Below are positions 9,017 through 16,190 of a stretch of DNA of 64,000 nucleotides, piece after piece (positions within the stretch are counted from its first letter, which is position 1; each line of letters starts with the position of its first letter). The DNA lies in NCBI GenBank assembly GCA_964348455.1, contig CAYGCQ010000001.1, forward strand, positions 58,450 to 122,449, in the 5' to 3' direction. Origin of the DNA: an uncultured Pseudomonadales bacterium (lineage in GTDB: Bacteria > Patescibacteriota > Microgenomatia > UBA1400 > MFAQ01). Made by a program: the position numbers and the translations under genes. Below the pieces are notes generated by a model that was given only the letters and a program-made list of their open reading frames with translations, had not been told where the DNA came from and searched no databases.

Positions 9017-9281
9017 GTCATTGCGAGTTTCGGTACCCGATCCCAGAGTCGCCTCTGGAGAGACCGTAGCAACCTCACACCTTTCACCACACCACCCACC
9101 ACACCACCCGTCATTGCGAGTTTCGGTACTACGAACCGAAGCAATCTCCGCTATTACACCACTCCACGAATGTCATCCTCGCGAAAGCGGGCCGATAGTA
9201 CCCGAATGGGTAGATCCACAAACACCACACAACACATCCTCAAAACACCCCAGTCATTCCCGACCTGATCGGGAATCTATA
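9017..9281 (+). repeat. intergenic array of 4 hairpin-repeat units with CA-rich spacers, ending in the left TIR of GIY-YIG element copy 2
   Basis: Units at 9017-9078 (GTCATTGCGAGTTTCGGT...long loop...AACCTCAC), 9110-9149 (GTCATTGCGAGTTTCGGTactacgaACCGAAGCAATCTCC), 9172-9219 (GTCATCCTCGCGAAAGCGGGccgatagtacccgaatgggtagatcca) and 9253-9281 (canonical 29-mer). Confidence 0.9.
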
Positions 9282-9682
9282 TAGATAAAGTACAATTTAA
9301 TTGTGAAGAGATATTATGTGTATATTCTCGCAAGTTATAAAAATGGTACGCTGTATATAGGTGTAACAGGAAATTTAGAAAATAGAATATCTATCCATAA
9401 AAACGATATTGTGAAGGGGTTTACAAAGAAATTTGCAGTACACAGTCTGGTTCATCTGGAGGAATTCGAGAATTCATTACAAGCTATAGCAAGAGAAAAA
9501 CAACTAAAGCATTGGAAGAGAGATTGGAAAATTGAACTCATTGAAAAATCAAATCCAGATTGGAATGATATATCTGATGAATTTCTCTAAAAAAAGTTGA
9601 ACCCGTTTTTATAGATTCCCGATCAGGTCGGGAATGACGATTGAAATATTCCACATATTTTTACTCCGTGATTCGCAATGAC
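9253..9682 (+). mobile_element. GIY-YIG micro-element copy 2, identical to 5916-6345
   Basis: Same 29-bp TIRs (9253-9281 and 9610-9638), same internal sequence and ORF, same gtgattcgcaatgac end (9668-9682). Flanking sequence diverges immediately outside. Confidence 0.7.
9303..9590 (+). CDS. GIY-YIG nuclease superfamily protein, identical second copy
   Basis: 95-aa translation identical to 5966-6253. Confidence 0.8.
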   Translation: MKRYYVYILASYKNGTLYIGVTGNLENRISIHKNDIVKGFTKKFAVHSLVHLEEFENSLQAIAREKQLKHWKRDWKIELIEKSNPDWNDISDEFL

Positions 9683-9691
9683 GCAAATTTT

Positions 9692-9723
9692 GAGTTTTAG
9701 AGTTTTTGAGTTTTAGAGTTTTT
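9692..9723. repeat. direct tandem repeat (gagttttagagttttt) x2 at the 3' end of the minus-strand gene
   Basis: Two adjacent 16-nt units. A related motif ttttagagttttagattttttgagttttt occurs at 61747-61779. Confidence 0.8.
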
Positions 9724-10838
9724 TACAAATATGGAGCCCAATCCGCTATTGGTGCAGTGTTGTTTAAAAGGAAATTCCACGTAAATAAGAAAATTGGGAC
9801 TATTAGCAAAGCTGCAATTACTTTAAACTCTTTTTTTTGAGCAAGTTTATCCCAGCCAATAAGTACAAATGGAGCTATCGGCAATATGTATCTACTGATA
9901 TCTCGGTGAGCTACAAAAAGAGTGGATAAGAAAAACAGTCCAGCAAAATAGTATTCAACATCCAGTTTTTTCTCTTTAAGCTTCATGACTCCGATTCCAA
10001 AAATCAACCATGTCCAGATAATATCTTCGAGCCAAAAATTTCCCACCCAAACTTGACCTTTGGGTGCAAACACACTAAATGGTGGCCAGAATAAATGCAT
10101 ATTATCTCCGCTGTGCAAATAAGCCCAGAAATCACCGGTTCGAATATTAAAGAACTGGAACAATCCAAAAATTGCAACCACTTGAATTAATAACGGCCAG
10201 TACTTCCATTGAATTTTCTCCTCTTTGACTGATTGAACTAACGCAAATATTCCATACGCAGCAAGTAGAATAATTGCCGGACTTTTGGTCAGTTGGGCTA
10301 ACGCACCAAATACACCTGCCCAAACATATCTTCCTTTTTTGAAGTAAAAAAGGCTGGCAATGATAAAAAGCATAAACCATGGCTCAGGTGAACCAATCCC
10401 TCTTAGTGCCAACCATCTTGCCGGAAGAATCATAAAAACTATTGTTAGCCAAAACGGGTTAACGCTCAGTTTAAACTCGCTAAGGTACTTGTAAAACATT
10501 AAGAAGCACAGAATGGTTCCGAGTAAAGTGGCAAGTAGCATCGCCGTCGGCCCTTTCAAGAAAGGATCAAACATCGATATAACTGCAGGGTAAAGTGGGA
10601 AGTGTGCTGCAAAATACTCCGCTGTTTCTGTCGTCGAGAATGCAGTCTTTATGTGTTCTCTGTCATACCATGTTTTTTCAACTATTAGGTAGTTTGGACC
10701 ATCATAATTCTGCCAAAGAATCTTTGTTCCTTCAGAAAAATCAAGATTCCACCCGGGAAGATTGCTTTTTAGGACAAAAGGTGCCCAAACAATCAAGGTA
10801 AATAAAATAGTAATTAACACTAAATAAGCTCGTTTCAT
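9723..10838 (-). CDS. polytopic membrane protein, GPI-mannosyltransferase-2 (PIG-V)-like GT-C family candidate
   Basis: About 9 predicted TM helices. The N-terminal loop WQNYDGPNYLIVEKTWYD...FPLYPAVI resembles the W-DG-WY...GY...FFPLYP signature of Mannosyl_trans2-type proteins. Paralogous to 55861-56994. Confidence 0.5.
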   Translation of the reverse strand: MKRAYLVLITILFTLIVWAPFVLKSNLPGWNLDFSEGTKILWQNYDGPNYLIVEKTWYDREHIKTAFSTTETAEYFAAHFPLYPAVISMFDPFLKGPTAMLLATLLGTILCFLMFYKYLSEFKLSVNPFWLTIVFMILPARWLALRGIGSPEPWFMLFIIASLFYFKKGRYVWAGVFGALAQLTKSPAIILLAAYGIFALVQSVKEEKIQWKYWPLLIQVVAIFGLFQFFNIRTGDFWAYLHSGDNMHLFWPPFSVFAPKGQVWVGNFWLEDIIWTWLIFGIGVMKLKEKKLDVEYYFAGLFFLSTLFVAHRDISRYILPIAPFVLIGWDKLAQKKEFKVIAALLIVPIFLFTWNFLLNNTAPIADWAPYL

Positions 10839-10857
10839 CTACCTCTAGTATATACTT

Positions 10858-11574
10858 GTGAGTATGTCGAGACAAATAGATAAACTATCCGTATTCTTAC
10901 CGGCTTACAACGAGGAGGCAAATCTTGATAAAACAGTCAGAAATGTTGTAGAAAACCTCAAAAAAAATGTTTCCACCTGGGAGCTAATCATTGTTAACGA
11001 TGGCTCCAAAGACAAGACCGGTGAAATTGCCGATCGATGGAGCAAGAAAGACAAGAGGGTTACCGCCATTCACCACAATCCAAATCGAGGTTACGGGGCC
11101 GCCTTAAAGAGTGGCTTATATGCTTGTAAATATCCCTGGATCTCCTTTATCGACTCCGACGGCCAGTTCGATTTCAGAGAGATAAATCGTTTTATGGATA
11201 CTCAAGAAAAAACCGGTGCCGACATGGTCATAGGTTACTATCTTGGTAGAAAAGTTTCCTTCACTAGAAAATTAAATACTTTTATGTGGCAAGTAATTGT
11301 CCGAATCTTATTCGGTTTGAATGTCAGAGACATCGACTGTGGCTTCAAATTAATTTCCAAGAGAGTTGTGGACAAAATCGAACCGTTACAAAGTGAGAGG
11401 GGAGCCTTTATTAGCAGTGAATTCTTAATTAAAGCCAAAAAAGCCAGGTTCAAAATAGTGGAGATTGGTGTTCAGCACTTTCCCAGAAAACAGGGTGAGG
11501 GCACGGGGGCCAATCTAGACGTCATCATTCAGAGTTTTGTTGATCTCTTCAAGCTATGGTACAAGCTGAAGTAA
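10858..11574 (+). CDS. GT2 glycosyltransferase, DPM1-like polyprenyl-phosphate sugar synthase
   Basis: LSVFLPAYNEEANL, IIVNDGSKDKT, FIDSDGQFD, HHNPNRGYGAA and GFKLISKRV motifs. Confidence 0.75.
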   Translation: MSMSRQIDKLSVFLPAYNEEANLDKTVRNVVENLKKNVSTWELIIVNDGSKDKTGEIADRWSKKDKRVTAIHHNPNRGYGAALKSGLYACKYPWISFIDSDGQFDFREINRFMDTQEKTGADMVIGYYLGRKVSFTRKLNTFMWQVIVRILFGLNVRDIDCGFKLISKRVVDKIEPLQSERGAFISSEFLIKAKKARFKIVEIGVQHFPRKQGEGTGANLDVIIQSFVDLFKLWYKLK

Positions 11575-11576
11575 CC

Positions 11577-11826
11577 GTCATCCCCGATCCAGGAGTCGCT
11601 TGGGAGACCCTGATCGGGGATCAATATAATTAAAATACTCTGTCATCCTCGCGAACGCGGGGATTCACAGAAACAAAAAAACAACACCATGTCATTCCAG
11701 CGAAGGCGGGCCGCTGGTCCCCGGAGGGGGAAATCCATCAAATAAAACAAATGATAAAAAACCCAAAAATCTTTATTAAAAAATAATAAATAACATTGTC
11801 ATTCCCGACCTGATCGGGAATCTATA
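11577..11826 (+). repeat. intergenic array of 4 hairpin-repeat variants ending in the canonical 29-mer directly upstream of the next start codon
   Basis: Units at 11577-11632 (GTCATCCCCGATCcaggagtcgcttgggagaccctGATCGGGGATC), 11642-11670 (GTCATCCTCGCGAACGCGGGGATTC), 11691-11740 (long GTCATTCCAGCGAAGGCGGGccgctggtccccggagggggaaatcca) and 11798-11826 (canonical). The ATG follows at 11830. Confidence 0.9.
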
Positions 11827-11829
11827 CAA

Positions 11830-13326
11830 ATGAACTCAATAATAAATTTTATAAAAAAGAACAAATCCGAGTCTATATTGCTTGGAGCAGTCCTCCTTCT
11901 TGCACTTGTACTTCGCGTCTATCGTATCGAAGATTTTATGACCTTTCTTGGTGACGAGGGTCGTGATGTCCGCATTGTTCGCGATTTAATTACTCAAGGC
12001 AACTTAGTCTTTATCGGTCCGCAAACCAGTATTGGAAACATGTATCTAGGACCTCTTTATTACTACATGATGGCCCCTGCACTTCTCCTTTCCGGTCTCA
12101 ACCCCGTTGGACCAGCCATTATGGTTGCTCTACTGGGAACACTGACAATCTGGCTGACTTGGTTCGTCGGTAGAAACTGGTTTGGCAAACAGGCTGCATT
12201 TATCGCTGCGCTGCTTTTTGCAGTCTCTCCGGTCGCCATTATTTACTCCCGCTCTTCATGGAATCCTAACCCGATGCCTTTTTTCGCTCTTCTGTGTATC
12301 TGGGGAATCTATGAAGTCTGGCAGAATAAAAAATATATTTGGCTTCCCTATACCAGCATCTCTTTTGCCTTTGCTCTTCAGATGCACTATCTGGGGTTAC
12401 TTTTGATTCCTACCCTAGGCCTGTTCTGGCTTTTTACTCTCATATCCATTAATAAAGCCAAAGACATAAGGTCTAGAAGGATTTTTCTACGATATTCTCT
12501 TTTTGGGTTTTTGATTTTTTTATTACTGATGTCTCCACTTTTGCTGTTCGACACAAAACACAACTGGATGAACTTTAATGCTTTCAAGTCATTTTTCTCA
12601 GATCGTCAGACAACTGTAAATCTAAACCCCGCCAGGTCAGATAGATTTCTTCCTGTCATGCTTATGACCATTTCAGACATGGTTTTAGCTCGCCAAGAGT
12701 ACTTTGCTCCCATAACCTTAGCACTCACTCTTCTGCTGTCAGGCTGGGTTTATTTTAAGTCCAAGTGGCAGACTCCTCTAAAGGTATTATTTGTTTGGCT
12801 CGGTCTAGCTATCCTTGGTCTTAGTGTCTATAAGCAACATGTCTACATTCACTATCTCGGATTTATCTACCCAGCCATCTACCTTCTCATTGGGGCGATT
12901 TTAGGATTCATGTTACAACGGAAAGTAGTCTTAAAAATTATTTCAGCTTCTCTGGTACTCTTTCTCTTTTTCTACAGTCTGGTTTACAGTCCGGTAAGAG
13001 AAACTCCAAATCGTCAACTTTGGCGCACAGAAGCGGCCGTAGATCTCATTATTAAGGAGTCGGGTGGCCAGCCGTTCAACTTTGGCTTACTTGCAAAACA
13101 AAACTATGATGAGTCCTATCGTTATTTTTTGGAGAACAAAAAAGCCAATTCTTTTAGAGCTGAAGATAAGGTAACGAATCAGATGTTTGTCATCTGTGAA
13201 GACGGTGATGCTTGTAGCCCGGAAGGAAGTCCTGCGTATCAAATAGCCAAGTTTGGACAAGCTCATGTAGTGGGCACATGGAATGTTGACTATCTGAAAA
13301 TTTATCGTTTAGCACATTTCAAATGA
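11830..13326 (+). CDS. GT-C fold membrane glycosyltransferase, ArnT/PMT-like (subfamily with GDEGRD loop motif)
   Basis: More than 10 TM helices. The first periplasmic loop RIEDFMTFLGDEGRDVRIVRD carries the DE motif. Paralogous to 27145-28878 and the N-terminal half of 37686-38273. Confidence 0.65.
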   Translation: MNSIINFIKKNKSESILLGAVLLLALVLRVYRIEDFMTFLGDEGRDVRIVRDLITQGNLVFIGPQTSIGNMYLGPLYYYMMAPALLLSGLNPVGPAIMVALLGTLTIWLTWFVGRNWFGKQAAFIAALLFAVSPVAIIYSRSSWNPNPMPFFALLCIWGIYEVWQNKKYIWLPYTSISFAFALQMHYLGLLLIPTLGLFWLFTLISINKAKDIRSRRIFLRYSLFGFLIFLLLMSPLLLFDTKHNWMNFNAFKSFFSDRQTTVNLNPARSDRFLPVMLMTISDMVLARQEYFAPITLALTLLLSGWVYFKSKWQTPLKVLFVWLGLAILGLSVYKQHVYIHYLGFIYPAIYLLIGAILGFMLQRKVVLKIISASLVLFLFFYSLVYSPVRETPNRQLWRTEAAVDLIIKESGGQPFNFGLLAKQNYDESYRYFLENKKANSFRAEDKVTNQMFVICEDGDACSPEGSPAYQIAKFGQAHVVGTWNVDYLKIYRLAHFK

Positions 13327-13868
13327 GTTCCACAACTCTCACCTCACCTTTAATCTGGCTAGATCTCGAGTTCACCGACCTTGATGTCAAGAAAGGTGTC
13401 ATCGTTGAGATAGCTACTGTTGTTACCGATGGTAACCTAAACATTATCGGTACCGGACCTGATATCGTCATCAACCAGCCGGAGTCTATTCTGACCAAGA
13501 TGGTGAAGTGGAATCAAGAACATTTTGGTGAGTCCGGTTTACTACAAGAAATCAGAAATTCCAAAGTAACCACAGCCGAAGCCGAAGAAGAAACCTTAAA
13601 TTTTCTGAAAAAACACTGTGCCCCACATACAGCACTCTTGGCTGGATCGTCCGTCTACATGGACCGAGAATTTTTGAGACTTTATATGCCCCGCTTATAC
13701 GACTTCGTACATTACCGGATTATAGACACCAATACCCTAAAAGAACTGATGCATCGCTGGTACCCAAGCATCCCGAACTATCCGAAAGTGGAGCCTCATA
13801 GAGCTAAGGGCGATATTCTTGAGTCCATAGATGAGTTAAAATACTACCAGTCACACTTATTTAAATAA
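13323..13868 (+). CDS. orn: oligoribonuclease (DEDDh 3'-5' exoribonuclease)
   Basis: LIWLDLEFTDLDVKKGVIVEIATVVTD, YMDREFL and the C-terminal HRAKGDILESIDEL match Orn exo motifs I-III. 181 aa. Confidence 0.85.
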   Translation: MSSTTLTSPLIWLDLEFTDLDVKKGVIVEIATVVTDGNLNIIGTGPDIVINQPESILTKMVKWNQEHFGESGLLQEIRNSKVTTAEAEEETLNFLKKHCAPHTALLAGSSVYMDREFLRLYMPRLYDFVHYRIIDTNTLKELMHRWYPSIPNYPKVEPHRAKGDILESIDELKYYQSHLFK

Positions 13869-13875
13869 TATTCTT

Positions 13876-13901
13876 GTCATTCCGGGCTTGACCCGGAATC
13901 C
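13876..13901 (+). repeat. hairpin repeat, type B (GTCATTCCGGGCTTGACCCGGAATCC), 10 nt upstream of ATG 13912
   Basis: Stem CCGGG/CCCGG, loop cttga. Intergenic between orn and a GT2 gene. Confidence 0.9.
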
Positions 13902-13911
13902 AGAAACTCAA

Positions 13912-14673
13912 ATGTCTCCAAAACTATCAATAGTCCTCAGTAACTATAACGAGCTTGCAAACCTAGAAAGGGGAGTGCTTGAGGAAATGTATTCTTATCT
14001 TAAGAAAGTAAAATTCACCTGGGAAGTTATCATTAACGATGATGGTTCTTCCGATGGCGGTGACAAGATTATAGGAAATTTTGTAAAGAAGCACTCCGGG
14101 TTCAAAATGATAAAGGGAAGTCATGGAGGTAAAGCTGCCGGTATTTGGAATGGTATCCAGGCCGCCAACGGTGAAGTGGTTCTCTATACCGACATGGATC
14201 AATCGACTCCATTAAAAGAATGCGAGAAACTCCTTCCTTGGTTTGATAAAGGCTACGACGTTGTCTTTGGTTCTAGAGGAAAGATGCGCAACAACTTTTC
14301 TCCCATTCGCCAGGTATCCTCATGGTCCTTCAGAACTTTCAGGGGATTTCTACTTCTTCATGATGTTGTCGATACTCAATGCGGCTTCAAGGCTCTCAGA
14401 ACAGACGTTGCCAAAAAAATATTTCCCATGCTTTCAGTAATCAAAAGCAACAAGACTGTAAGCAAAGGTTGGACGGTTTCTGCTTTCGATGTTGAGCTAT
14501 TATTTCTCGCCGAGAAACTTGGATACAAACTGAAAGAAGTTGATGTTATTTGGAAGAACGAAGATACTTCCACCAGCAAACAAAAGAGTTTTATTGGTGA
14601 GTCGGTGGACATGTTACAGCAAATAATTCAAGTCAAAATTAATGACCTAAAAGGTTTATATGATCAAAAATAA
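13912..14673 (+). CDS. GT2 glycosyltransferase
   Basis: LSIVLSNYNELANL, VIINDDGSSDG, YTDMDQSTP and QCGFKAL motifs. ATG start chosen. The ORF track extends upstream to a TTG inside the repeat. Confidence 0.75.
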   Translation: MSPKLSIVLSNYNELANLERGVLEEMYSYLKKVKFTWEVIINDDGSSDGGDKIIGNFVKKHSGFKMIKGSHGGKAAGIWNGIQAANGEVVLYTDMDQSTPLKECEKLLPWFDKGYDVVFGSRGKMRNNFSPIRQVSSWSFRTFRGFLLLHDVVDTQCGFKALRTDVAKKIFPMLSVIKSNKTVSKGWTVSAFDVELLFLAEKLGYKLKEVDVIWKNEDTSTSKQKSFIGESVDMLQQIIQVKINDLKGLYDQK

Positions 14674-16162
14674 ATTAGCTTGGTTGGTGGGACTTGCTCT
14701 AGCATCCGTCGCTTTGTTTTTATTTTTTCGACTTTATTCACTAAATAAAATTCCTGTTTTTGTTGATGAGGCGATCTATGTTCGCTGGTCTCAAGTCATG
14801 AGGACAGAACCCACCCTACGCTTTCTTCCGCTTTCAGATGGCAAGCAGCCACTATTTATGTGGATGACCATGCCTTCACTCAAATTTATTTCAGATCCTC
14901 TAGTTGCGGGGAGAATAGTCTCTGTTTTTGCCGGACTTGGTTCTATGATTGGTATTGGAGTTCTAACCTTTTTACTTTTTTCTGACCCCTTCATCGCTCT
15001 ATTTTCTTCACTTCTTTATGCCATTGTTCCTTTTTTCATGTTTTTCGATCGCATGGCCCTCGCCGATAGTCTTCTGGCCATGTTCGGAGTTTGGGCTCTT
15101 GTTTTTGCGATTAAATATGCCAAAACACTAACCACCGAGTACGCCATCTATCTTGGTTTTGCCATTGGCGGAGGTTTATTAACGAAGTCACCTGCCATGA
15201 TTTTTTATATTTGGTCTTTACTTGCACTCGTCTTTTTTCTTGACCTAAAAAATATTCATGCAAAAAATATTGGGAAATTACTCTGGGGATTATTCTTGGT
15301 CCTTGTTATTTCTCAGGTAATGTACGGCATACTCAGATTAGGTGTTGGTTTCCAGATGATTGGAGCCAGAAACCAGGACTACGTCTACTCCATTAGAGAA
15401 GTCCTGAGTCATCCACTTTCTCCTCTGATCGGAAATCTAAAGACCACCGGAAACTGGCTATTCCTTCTTTTGTCCCCGACAGTCTTAATTCTAGGAGTAC
15501 TGGGATACTTAAACACTAAGACTAGAAGGCAGTTTTTCTTTTTACTACTTATTTCATTTCTGCCACTTATTTTTCAAGCTTCAATCGCCAAAGTATATAC
15601 CAGTCGCTACATTATCTATGCCACACTACCACTTCTACCACTAGCCGGACTTGGACTTCACTGGCTATTTTGCCGAAAAGGGATTCTCATTAAGTCCTCC
15701 ATTGCATTGTTTTTGTCTGTCCCTCTACTACTTACCACAGTCTATTTGCTAAATCCCGGCATCGCTCCCATGTCATACGATATGAGTAGTGGCTACTTGC
15801 AAGAATGGACTGCCGGTACCGGGCAGAAAGAAGTTGCCGATTATCTTCTAAAAGAAGAAGCTAAAGGAAGCAAAATAGTGGTTTTTACCGAAGGTACTTT
15901 TGGCACACTTCCCGATGGTCTTCAGATTTATACCGAGGGTCACAAAGATATTACCATTGTCGGATCCACACCAAATATTTACGAAATTCCCGAGGGATTA
16001 CTGAACACAGATCCGGAGAATCAACGTTACTACGTTTTAAATTCTTCTAGAAATCATCTTCCGGCTTCGGAAATGGAAAAGCTGGAACTTATCAAGGAGT
16101 ATCCCAAGATGACGAGATTAGATGGTTCTCACGAATCTCTTTTGTTCTTCCGCCTCAAATAA
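14660..16162 (+). CDS. GT-C fold membrane glycosyltransferase, ArnT/PMT-like
   Basis: About 12 TM helices. First-loop motif IPVFVDEAIYVRWSQVM (DE). C-terminal soluble domain. Confidence 0.6.
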   Translation: MIKNKLAWLVGLALASVALFLFFRLYSLNKIPVFVDEAIYVRWSQVMRTEPTLRFLPLSDGKQPLFMWMTMPSLKFISDPLVAGRIVSVFAGLGSMIGIGVLTFLLFSDPFIALFSSLLYAIVPFFMFFDRMALADSLLAMFGVWALVFAIKYAKTLTTEYAIYLGFAIGGGLLTKSPAMIFYIWSLLALVFFLDLKNIHAKNIGKLLWGLFLVLVISQVMYGILRLGVGFQMIGARNQDYVYSIREVLSHPLSPLIGNLKTTGNWLFLLLSPTVLILGVLGYLNTKTRRQFFFLLLISFLPLIFQASIAKVYTSRYIIYATLPLLPLAGLGLHWLFCRKGILIKSSIALFLSVPLLLTTVYLLNPGIAPMSYDMSSGYLQEWTAGTGQKEVADYLLKEEAKGSKIVVFTEGTFGTLPDGLQIYTEGHKDITIVGSTPNIYEIPEGLLNTDPENQRYYVLNSSRNHLPASEMEKLELIKEYPKMTRLDGSHESLLFFRLK

Positions 16163-16190
16163 TCGTCTTAGACATATATAATTACACTAC

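Noticed and set aside
5650-9281. Integron attC cassette array
   Set aside because: No intI integrase or attI is present, and the units are much shorter than attC sites.
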